This document shows, piece after piece, positions 1-7,146 of a DNA stretch of 23,558 nt; the stretch's first letter is position 1, and every line of letters begins with the position of its first letter. The stretch comes from Bacteroidales bacterium. Lineage in GTDB: Bacteria; Bacteroidota; Bacteroidia; Bacteroidales; UBA12077. The stretch covers positions 1 to 23,558 of the forward strand of contig JANQHR010000053.1 in the NCBI GenBank assembly GCA_028282585.1, given 5' to 3'. The notes below the pieces were generated by a model. It had not been told where the DNA came from, did no database searches, and was given only the letters and a program-made list of their open reading frames with translations. Made by a program: the position numbers and the translations under genes.

Positions 1-86
1 TTGTGCCTGCTTTGTGAAACTTTGTGGTGTAATTATAAAAGACTGTTACACAGAGAACCACAAAGAAGACACAAAGTTACTCAAAG
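1..86. repeat. Imperfect inverted repeat built from CTTTGTG / CACAAAG units (REP-like palindrome, left end cut by the window edge)
   Basis: CTTTGTG at 10-16 and 20-26 (partial TTGTG at 1-5) faces CACAGAG 49-55, CACAAAG 59-65, CACAAAG 70-76 and CTCAAAG 80-86. Units recur every 10-11 nt. There is an inner TGTAA(28-32)/TTACA(46-50) pair. Confidence 0.6.
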
Positions 87-116
87 TAAAAAATACGAAT
101 AAAATTTAACTATTGT

Positions 117-132
117 ACTTTTTGGACACCCC
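117..132. mobile_element. Possible IS/MITE terminal-repeat-like motif ACTTTTTGGACACCCC
   Basis: 118-131 is 13/14 identical to 14426-14439. It resembles, from memory, IS1182-like ends (GGGTGTCCAAAAAGT). No transposase in the window. Confidence 0.3.
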
Positions 133-139
133 TTTTTTA

Positions 140-1411
140 TTATTTGGTTTTTTCCTCTATCATTTTTAAAATGGACCACTGGCATACCGGACAGAACCCA
201 TCGGCTGAATTTGATTTCATTCTGCAATCCATAAAAGGGCTAAACATTCCTTCACTTACATATCCTCCACCTTCATACGCTCCGATTATATTTTCATTAC
301 CTTTTACTCTTGGGGTTGGGATCGGCGTTCCCGGAACAATTTTATTTTCCCATTTTTTACTAAAATCAACCAAAGTTGTTAGGTTAGGCTGCCAAGGCTC
401 AATATCCAGATTAAAAAAATCATTATAAGCGGTTGAAGAATTAAAATATTCATCACCTAAACCGGCAAATGAATGCCCAAATTCGTGGATGAAGACTTCT
501 TTTGAATAAGCATGATCAACACTGGTTATTGCATAATAATTATATATACCTCCTCCTCCATACTTTTCAGAATTCACAAGAATATAAATGTCATCATATG
601 GTACAAGTGAAGCAACATCTCTTACTGCTAAGAAATCCTCTGTCATTAAATAACGCTCACTTCCGAATGTATAAAAACTACTATTTAAAACAGTTTCTTT
701 GTAAATACTATCTCCTGGAATATCAGTACCTGACTCTTTCGATTCTGATTTTACAAGCCATATATTTATTTTTTCTTTATGCGATTGATAAGGCTCATAT
801 TCAAACATATATTCGATCATCTTATTTGCATCTTCAACAAATTTATTCATTTCATCGGACGTGTAACCTTCTGCTAAAATTGCTATATCAAGATGCCTGG
901 AAGGGTCGCCATTATCTAGTAATTTCGTCACAGGAAAATTAATAGTCTCATTGTTTGGTGTATATTTTTTCGGATCAATATTGAATGTAAATAATTCCTC
1001 AAAACCACCTTCCCATGATCTACTGTAAATTTTTAAGAGAGCAGGTTTTTTTGGAGATGGAAAAATAATACTTTGTGAAAATTCTTTAAAAATCGAATCT
1101 GCTTCTAATGTAGTTTGCCATTCTTCGAACAAAGTAGAGAAACCTTGTGAAAAGATTAGTTCCCCGGAGTTAACATCATAAACCTCGAACTTATACTCAC
1201 CATAATCCAGTTTATTAGTAAAGTTAGTTTTTGAACCTCCCCAAAATGGTTCTTTAATAATTTTTAACAGCCTAATTTCTTCTGAATTTGCATCGCCGTA
1301 AAAGTTAAAATCAACCCGCATAGTTTGTTCCTCAAAATACTGATCATAAACAGTTTTATTATCGCATAACGAACAAACAAGAATTAAAATAAAAAATAAC
1401 AATGATCTCAT
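140..1411 (-). CDS. Secreted M64-family (IgA peptidase-like) zinc metallopeptidase
   Basis: Zn motif HEFGHSFAGLGDEY, plus DIAILAEGYT, YGGGGIYN, EGGGY and C-terminal CRMKSN...FCPVC motifs typical of Bacteroidota M64. Start moved to the ATG at 1411 (MRSLLFFILILVC..., signal peptide). Confidence 0.9.
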   Translation of the reverse strand: MRSLLFFILILVCSLCDNKTVYDQYFEEQTMRVDFNFYGDANSEEIRLLKIIKEPFWGGSKTNFTNKLDYGEYKFEVYDVNSGELIFSQGFSTLFEEWQTTLEADSIFKEFSQSIIFPSPKKPALLKIYSRSWEGGFEELFTFNIDPKKYTPNNETINFPVTKLLDNGDPSRHLDIAILAEGYTSDEMNKFVEDANKMIEYMFEYEPYQSHKEKINIWLVKSESKESGTDIPGDSIYKETVLNSSFYTFGSERYLMTEDFLAVRDVASLVPYDDIYILVNSEKYGGGGIYNYYAITSVDHAYSKEVFIHEFGHSFAGLGDEYFNSSTAYNDFFNLDIEPWQPNLTTLVDFSKKWENKIVPGTPIPTPRVKGNENIIGAYEGGGYVSEGMFSPFMDCRMKSNSADGFCPVCQWSILKMIEEKTK

Positions 1412-1472
1412 ACCTAGCTTTTTTTTATTTGTTAAATTTACAACTTCTAGATTTAGAAACACCTATTTGACT

Positions 1473-2744
1473 ATGAATACTACCATTGGATTAAAATTAA
1501 AAGAAATTTTGCTGAATTTAGGATTACCTGAACAAATTGCAATTCTCACCAAAAACACAATTGTACTAGTTGCCGTTATCGGTTTATCTTTTCTCGCATA
1601 TTTTATTACCAAAAAGATTTTAATAAATATTTTAAGAGGATTTGTTAAAAGAAGTAAGGTTGAATGGGATGATATCTTGTTAAACCAAAAAATTCTGAAA
1701 AGATTTTCTCATTTGGTGCCAGCTATAATTATATATTTCTTTTCAAAAAATGGATTATTGGAATATCCTAAAATATCAACTTTTATACAAGACGGATCAT
1801 ATATCTATATTGTATTTATTGTTATGTTTATTCTAGATGCATTTTTAAGTGCTTTACATGATATTTACCAGACTTTTCCAAGTTCTAAAGAAAGGCCTAT
1901 TAAAGGTTATATACAGGGAATAAAGATTATAATTTACTTCATAGGTGTAATTATTGTAATTTCAGTTTTGATAGGACAATCTCCTATGAAATTATTGGCA
2001 GGATTAGGAGCGGTTGCTGCAATCTTAATTTTAGTTTTTAAAGATACGATTTTAGGATTGGTATCAGGTATTCAGCTAACGGCCAATCAAATGGTTAAAA
2101 TTGGCGATTGGATTACAATGCCTAGCAAAAATGCCGATGGAACTGTAATGGAAATTACTTTAAATACAGTAAAAGTTCAAAATTTTGATAAAACCATTGT
2201 TACAATACCCACATATGCTCTTATATCCGAATCTTTCCAGAATTGGAAGGGAATGGAAGAATCGGAAGGAAGGAGGATTGCCCGCTCACTTTATATTGAT
2301 TTAAAAAGTGTGAAGTTTTGCGATCATGATATGCTTGAAAGGTTCAAAAAAATTAAGTTAATTCAGGATTATGTTACGGCTAAACAACATGAAATTGATG
2401 AACATAATAAAAAACTCGAGATTGACGATAATGATAGAGTAAGTAGACGGAATTTGACTAATGTAGGCGTATTTAGAAGATATATTGAGATTTACCTGGA
2501 AAAACACCCAAAAATCCATAATGCTGATTCGGGATATACTTTATTGATCAGACACTTACAACCAACTGAAAAAGGCTTACCAATTCAGATTTATTGTTTT
2601 AGTAAAGATCAGGACTGGGTGAAGTTTGAACAGGTTCAAGCCGATATATTCGACCATATTTTAGCAGTTGTTCCTGAATTTGAATTAAATGTATTCCAAA
2701 ATCCAACTGGTTCAGACTTTAAAAATTTAAATCAATTATCATGA
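1473..2744 (+). CDS. Mechanosensitive ion channel, MscS family (YbdG/MscM-like)
   Basis: N-terminal TM helices, then GLGAVAAILILVFKDTILGLVSGIQL, GDWI..P...ADGTV.EITLNTVKVQNFDKTI and FQNWKGM..SEGRRI. ATG at 1473 preferred over the upstream TTG at 1467. Confidence 0.92.
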   Translation: MNTTIGLKLKEILLNLGLPEQIAILTKNTIVLVAVIGLSFLAYFITKKILINILRGFVKRSKVEWDDILLNQKILKRFSHLVPAIIIYFFSKNGLLEYPKISTFIQDGSYIYIVFIVMFILDAFLSALHDIYQTFPSSKERPIKGYIQGIKIIIYFIGVIIVISVLIGQSPMKLLAGLGAVAAILILVFKDTILGLVSGIQLTANQMVKIGDWITMPSKNADGTVMEITLNTVKVQNFDKTIVTIPTYALISESFQNWKGMEESEGRRIARSLYIDLKSVKFCDHDMLERFKKIKLIQDYVTAKQHEIDEHNKKLEIDDNDRVSRRNLTNVGVFRRYIEIYLEKHPKIHNADSGYTLLIRHLQPTEKGLPIQIYCFSKDQDWVKFEQVQADIFDHILAVVPEFELNVFQNPTGSDFKNLNQLS

Positions 2745-3079
2745 ACACCAAATTATTGTTTATCCTCGGATTGATGATTTTATCTTTAAAATTATCTGCT
2801 CAAAAAGTCTATTCGGTAAAGTATGACTATCAGGCAGATGTGAAGGTTTTTATCACAGAACATGACTATCAGGCTGATTTGTTAGTATATAAAGTAGACT
2901 ACGATTATCAAGCCAAGGAAAATAAAGGCTTATGGTTTTTTACTAAATACGATTATCAGGCCAAAAAGAAAGTTTTTTTTACGAAATATGATTATCAGGC
3001 AGATCTAAAAATCTGTTTTGTTGATTATAATTATCAGGCAAAATGGAGGAACTCTCAAAAGAAACATTTAATGGAATAA
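2741..3079 (+). CDS. Small secreted repeat protein (DUF6150-like)
   Basis: Signal peptide ending LSA-Q, followed by six ~13-aa repeats each containing [Y/H][D/N]YQA. Overlaps the mscS stop by 4 nt (ATGA). Confidence 0.8.
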   Translation: MNTKLLFILGLMILSLKLSAQKVYSVKYDYQADVKVFITEHDYQADLLVYKVDYDYQAKENKGLWFFTKYDYQAKKKVFFTKYDYQADLKICFVDYNYQAKWRNSQKKHLME

Positions 3080-3120
3080 CTCGTATCAATACATAACTCT
3101 AATTTATTCATAAAAACCCG

Positions 3121-4338
3121 ATGACACAGCAAATATCAGATAAAAAGTATAAAGAAAATCAATCTGATAATCAACCCAAAAATGAAACAATGATAAAGGA
3201 TAATCCTGAACATTCTCAGGTTGAATCTTTTTTTAAAAAATCGCAGGAAGAAAATATAAAGCTTTCTGATAAAGTGGAAAGTCTTGAGCAAGCACAAGAA
3301 ATAATTTTTGAGCAATTTAAAACTTTGGAGCTTCAAAAACTAGAATTAGAAAAACAACAAAAAAAACTGGAAGAAGATAGCGTCAAGTTTCGAGGAAGAA
3401 CGATCGAACTTTTTGGTAAAATGATCGATCTGAAAAAAGCCAAAAAGACTATTAGTCAACAAAATGAACAATTGAAATTGCAACAAAATGAAATTGAAAA
3501 ACAGCAAATTTTATTGGAAAATTCTAACCAAAAATTCAGGGAAAGAACCATCGAATTATTTGGAAAAATGATTGATCTCAAAAAGGCAAAAAAAACGATA
3601 AGCCAACAAAAAGAAGAAATTGAAAATCATAGGGAGCAACTAAAAGAACTAAATGCAAGTAAGGATAGATTTTTTTCAATTATTGCGCACGACTTAAAAA
3701 ATCCTATTGCCGGATTTTTAAATCTTACCGAAATCTTAACTAATAATTTTGATGTATTCTCCGAAAACGAAAGCAAGGAATTCATCGAGGTTATGAACCA
3801 GGCTTCTAAACAATTGTATAATCTATTAGAAAATCTTTTACAGTGGTCGAGAGCTCAAACCGGAAGAATCACTTATGAACCTCAGTTTATTTCGATTAAA
3901 AAAATGGTTGATGAAACCATTGACGCATTAATGATAAATATTGAAAATAAAAGTATTAAAATTAACTTAATTATCGATGATAAAACCATTGCTTATGTTG
4001 ATGAAAATATGATAACTACAGTTATTAGGAATCTATTAAGCAATGCAATAAAATTTACTAATCATAATGGATCAATAAATATTCGATGTCAGGAATCTGG
4101 TAACTTTATTGAAACATCTGTTAGTGATAATGGTATCGGCATCTCTAAAGAGAATCAGAAAAAACTTTTCCGTATTGATCAAAGTGTAACAACGGAAGGA
4201 ACTTCTTCTGAAAAGGGTACCGGACTGGGTTTAATACTTTGCAAAGAGTTTGTAGAAAAGAATGGTGGAGAAATCAGGGTAGAAAGCGAAGTTAATAAAG
4301 GAGCCTCGTTCATATTTACTTTACCGAAAAAGTGTTAG
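3121..4338 (+). CDS. Soluble sensor histidine kinase with N-terminal coiled-coil tandem repeat
   Basis: H-box FFSIIAHDLKNP, N-box NLLSNAIKFT, G1 DNGIGI and G2 GTGLGL. No TM segment and no recognisable PAS/GAF domain. The N-terminal ~170 aa are Q/E/K-rich coiled coil. Confidence 0.9.
   Translation: MTQQISDKKYKENQSDNQPKNETMIKDNPEHSQVESFFKKSQEENIKLSDKVESLEQAQEIIFEQFKTLELQKLELEKQQKKLEEDSVKFRGRTIELFGKMIDLKKAKKTISQQNEQLKLQQNEIEKQQILLENSNQKFRERTIELFGKMIDLKKAKKTISQQKEEIENHREQLKELNASKDRFFSIIAHDLKNPIAGFLNLTEILTNNFDVFSENESKEFIEVMNQASKQLYNLLENLLQWSRAQTGRITYEPQFISIKKMVDETIDALMINIENKSIKINLIIDDKTIAYVDENMITTVIRNLLSNAIKFTNHNGSINIRCQESGNFIETSVSDNGIGISKENQKKLFRIDQSVTTEGTSSEKGTGLGLILCKEFVEKNGGEIRVESEVNKGASFIFTLPKKC
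3385..3609 (+). repeat. Intragenic tandem repeat, 147-nt (49-aa) period
   Basis: KFRGRTIELFGKMIDLKKAKKTISQQ (3385-3462) and KFRERTIELFGKMIDLKKAKKTISQQ (3532-3609). Confidence 0.95.
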
Positions 4339-4432
4339 TTTAATAGTTTGTTATAATTAAGAATCAAACATTATTTCATATTAATGCTTATCTTTAGCTC
4401 ATAATAACTGCTTTTCGAGCCTAAAAATTAAA

Positions 4433-6202
4433 ATGACTAAGTATCTAAAAATATATTTATTCTCAGTTTTAATATTCTCAATTTTAAGTTGTTCAGCGCA
4501 ATCATCCCAAATAGATAGTTTAATAAATATCCTTGAAGTTCAAAAAAGTGAAGAAAAAATGGCAACCTTGCAAAAGTTGTGTAGGGAGTACATAAATAAT
4601 TCGGTTGAGGATGTTATTAAATACGCAAATGAACTGTTAATTCTTGCAGAACAAGAGAGCAATCTTGAATATATTGATAAAGCTCATTCTTTTTTAGGTG
4701 AAGCTTATTTCTATATGAATGAACTTGATAAATCTATTGAGTATTTTGAAAAATACTTAGAAACCAAAATTTTACAAGAAGATATAGCCGGAATTGGCGA
4801 TGCATATAATAATCTTGGAATTGTTTACAGGTATATTGAAAAACATGAAACAGCTATCCAATATTATCTTGAAAGCCTTGCAATAAAAGAAAGGTTAAAA
4901 GATACAGCTGGATTAAGCAGCACACTGAATAACATTGGTGTACTATATTTTTATATGGGTAATTATAACGAAGCTCTTGATTATTATATAAGGTCTTATA
5001 ACCTGGAAATCAAAATAGGAAATAAATCCGGAATTGCAACATCTTTACTAAATATTGGGGAAGTTCATAGTTATTTAAATAATTATTCTGATGCATTAAG
5101 TCATTTTAACAGAAGTATAGAAATTTCAAAGAGTATCGAAGATATGCACACTTTGGAAGTTAATTACCAATGTATGTATGAAATGTACAAAAGACAAGTT
5201 AATTTTCAGAAAGCACTTTATTATCATGAGTTATATACAGAAATAAGAAACGATAGACTAAGCCAAGAATCCAGAAAAGAAATTGCTGAATTAGAAATAA
5301 AACATGAAACAAGTAAAAAAGAAAAGGAAATTGAATTGCTAAATAAACAAAACGAACTTAATAGAATTATAATCTTTATACTTTCAATTGCTTTTTTCGT
5401 ATTTATTTTCCTTTTGATTCTGCTTTACAAACAAGGCCAAGTTAAGAAGAAGACTTTAGAGCTGCTTTCAGAAAAGAATGAAGAGATAACTCTTCAATCC
5501 GAAATATTAAATAAATTGAATAATACAAAAGATAAATTCTTTTCAATTATATCTCATGATTTAAAAGGAGCAATTGGAGGATTCTTATCACAAACAGAAT
5601 TTCTAGCTGAAGACTTTAAATCCCTTCCTTCTGATGATATGCATGATTTAATAATTAAAATGAAATATTCATCGAAAAGACTATATGCTCTTCTGGAAAA
5701 CTTACTGGAATGGTCACGTACACAAACTGATAGCATTAAATTACAACCTGAAAAGTCCAATTTATTGGAACTGGTTGAAAATATACTTCTGATTTTTAAA
5801 GAATCAATGAAAGAAAAGGGAATTAAGCCAATCGTTAAAGTCGATTCAAGCTTACATATTTTTGCCGATATTAATATGGTTAGCACGGTTTTCAGAAACC
5901 TGATTACCAATGCAATTAAATTCTCTCACCCAAATACCAGCATTACAATCCATTCTTATAGTTCAAGTGGTTTTATACTTACAGAAGTAATTGATCACGG
6001 TATTGGTATAACTGATAAAAACCAAAAGAAACTTTTTAGAATTGACCATAGCTTTTCAAGTTATGGAACAAGTAACGAAAGCGGATCTGGCCTTGGATTA
6101 ATTATTTGTAAAGAATTTATTGAGCTAAACCAGGGTAAAATCTGGGTAGACAGTAAAATCGGCGAAGGTTCTTCCTTTAAATTTACTCTAAAAAAAGCAT
6201 AA
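4433..6202 (+). CDS. Membrane sensor histidine kinase with extracytoplasmic TPR domain
   Basis: Signal peptide, then TPR motifs (AYNNLGIVY..., TLNNIGVLY..., SLLNIGEVH...) and a TM helix IIIFILSIAFFVFIFLLILLY. H-box FFSIISHDLKGA, NLITNAIKFS, DHGIGI, GSGLGL. Confidence 0.92.
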   Translation: MTKYLKIYLFSVLIFSILSCSAQSSQIDSLINILEVQKSEEKMATLQKLCREYINNSVEDVIKYANELLILAEQESNLEYIDKAHSFLGEAYFYMNELDKSIEYFEKYLETKILQEDIAGIGDAYNNLGIVYRYIEKHETAIQYYLESLAIKERLKDTAGLSSTLNNIGVLYFYMGNYNEALDYYIRSYNLEIKIGNKSGIATSLLNIGEVHSYLNNYSDALSHFNRSIEISKSIEDMHTLEVNYQCMYEMYKRQVNFQKALYYHELYTEIRNDRLSQESRKEIAELEIKHETSKKEKEIELLNKQNELNRIIIFILSIAFFVFIFLLILLYKQGQVKKKTLELLSEKNEEITLQSEILNKLNNTKDKFFSIISHDLKGAIGGFLSQTEFLAEDFKSLPSDDMHDLIIKMKYSSKRLYALLENLLEWSRTQTDSIKLQPEKSNLLELVENILLIFKESMKEKGIKPIVKVDSSLHIFADINMVSTVFRNLITNAIKFSHPNTSITIHSYSSSGFILTEVIDHGIGITDKNQKKLFRIDHSFSSYGTSNESGSGLGLIICKEFIELNQGKIWVDSKIGEGSSFKFTLKKA

Positions 6203-6292
6203 ACCTTACAATCAATAGCATAGCGTTACACCGTAAGTTTTAAATAATCTGCAATATTAAAATCTGAAATTTCTTAGTCAAAAAATAAGCTA

Positions 6293-6331
6293 CGGAAATA
6301 TCTTATTTCCGAACGAAGTTTTAGTAAAACT
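6293..6331. promoter_or_regulatory. Two adjacent perfect palindromes (candidate operator sites or weak terminator)
   Basis: CGGAAATA-tct-TATTTCCG (6293-6311) and AGTTTTA-g-TAAAACT (6317-6331), between the TPR kinase stop and the peptide locus. Confidence 0.35.
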
Positions 6332-6481
6332 ATACGTTTAAATTATTTTATCCCTTTTTTAAAAATTTAGTTTTATGCAAATTCAAGATTTGTTTCTAAT
6401 TTAAATGTTCAAATTTGAGATTCTATAAGTATCTATTTCCTAATAACCAATCTCAATGTTAAACTTTTAAAATTAACTATT

Positions 6482-6694
6482 TTGAAAAACTCGCTAATAT
6501 TTATTCTAAAAAAATAAAGTAAGGAAAACAACATCAACTTTACTCCAGAAATACTTGTAAACGTTAGATCATTCCCAAGGGAATATGATACGCCCGACTT
6601 GCTTTATTTCATTGATGATTTAATTGAAGAAACTGAGCAAGAAAAAGTAGCAGTAGTTTCTGAAGTTGAAAATACAGAGGTAAAAATGAAATAA
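6482..6694 (+). pseudogene. Remnant of a C39-like/VKOR/thioredoxin-fold peptide-maturation gene (internally deleted)
   Basis: The frame from TTG 6482 reads MKNSLIFILKK*SKENNINFTPEILVNVRSFPREYDTPDLLYFIDDLIEETEQEKVAVVSEVENTEVKMK*, with an in-frame TAA at 6515-6517. INFTPEILVNxRSFPxEY...L.YFI..L matches, from memory, the DsbA-like C-terminus (cis-Pro TP loop) of Bacteroidota 'vitamin K epoxide reductase family' proteins found beside GG-leader peptides. Confidence 0.65.
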
Positions 6695-6708
6695 AAACTT
6701 ATATAAAT

Positions 6709-6742
6709 AACCGAAGCCTTGACGGTTTCAAAATGATCAAGG
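6709..6742 (+). promoter_or_regulatory. Predicted H-type RNA pseudoknot in the 5' leader of the peptide gene
   Basis: S1: AACCG 6709-6713 pairs with CGGTT 6723-6727. S2: CCTTGA 6717-6722 pairs with TCAAGG 6737-6742. Loops are 3, 0 and 9 nt, followed by 23 AT-rich nt to the ATG. Confidence 0.6.
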
Positions 6743-6765
6743 ATTATTAACTAAAAATTATCAAA

Positions 6766-6921
6766 ATGAAAAATTTGAAAAAGTTAAAAGGAGCAAAAAT
6801 GCTAGGTAAAAAGGAGCAAAAAGCCGTTAAAGGTGGACTTTTCCCATGTCTTAACGGGCACTGTTTAATTGGTTACACGTGTATTAATGGATACTGTGTT
6901 GAAGATGAATATCAACCCTAA
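6766..6921 (+). CDS. Double-glycine-leader, Cys-rich peptide precursor (bacteriocin/RiPP-like), 51 aa; absent from the ORF track
   Basis: MKNLKKLKGAKMLGKKEQKAVKGG / LFPCLNGHCLIGYTCINGYCVEDEYQP*. The leader fits the L-x-x-x-E-x-x-x-[VI]-x-G-G class. A-rich initiation region (TAAAAATTATCAAAATG). Confidence 0.85.
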   Translation: MKNLKKLKGAKMLGKKEQKAVKGGLFPCLNGHCLIGYTCINGYCVEDEYQP

Positions 6922-6932
6922 TTTTCGTCGAA

Positions 6933-7060
6933 ATGAGAAAACTAAAAGATTCAAATAGGGCAAAAACTCATACTAAAACGCAATGAAAGGCTATCAGGGA
7001 TGGAGTGATAAAATGCTTAAAAGTATCTTCTGGTTTCATAATACTAAAACTGTGTTATAA
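6933..7060 (+). pseudogene. Decayed paralogous double-glycine peptide precursor (3' end uncertain)
   Basis: MRKLKDSNRAKTHTKTQ*KAIRDG / VIKCLKVSSGFIILKLCY... aligns without gaps to the intact 24-aa leader (9 identities). In-frame TGA at 6984-6986, and GG changed to DG. Confidence 0.65.
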
Positions 7061-7075
7061 AGTTATAAAAACAAA

Positions 7076-7109
7076 AAATATCGCGGGGTTCATGAACCCT
7101 GTGATATTT
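7076..7109. terminator. Intrinsic terminator hairpin between the convergent peptide locus and rlmB, likely bidirectional
   Basis: AAATATCGCGGGGTT-catg-AACCCTGTGATATTT forms a 15-bp stem with two G:U pairs on the + strand. The A-tract on the left gives a U-tract for the minus strand. Confidence 0.7.
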
Positions 7110-7146
7110 CCATTTACACAGTTTTTAGGATACTACCAAAAATAAT

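Noticed and set aside
1-86. CRISPR array or tRNA at the window start (or elsewhere)
   Set aside because: Units are 7 nt and inverted, with no repeat-spacer structure. No cloverleaf, rRNA or cas gene seen anywhere in the window.
144-942. Plus-strand ORFs 144-428 and 502-942
   Set aside because: Antisense shadows of the well-supported M64 peptidase, with no recognisable motifs.
1433-1440. Palindromic TAAATTTA as a shared -7 box for the divergent M64 and mscS genes
   Set aside because: It deviates from TAnnTTTG and such octamers are common in AT-rich DNA. Plausible but unsupported.
2820-3040. GAYTATCAGGC nucleotide repeats as a DNA repeat array
   Set aside because: Fully explained by the DYQA protein repeat, with synonymous variation between copies.
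4433-4510. Lipobox-like ILSC in the TPR kinase signal peptide
   Set aside because: A signal peptidase I site (CSA-QS) fits equally well and the protein already has a TM anchor. Cannot be resolved by eye.
6984-6986. TGA in the second precursor as selenocysteine or programmed readthrough
   Set aside because: It aligns to a leader Gln rather than a Cys, and the GG site is also mutated. Decay is the simpler explanation.
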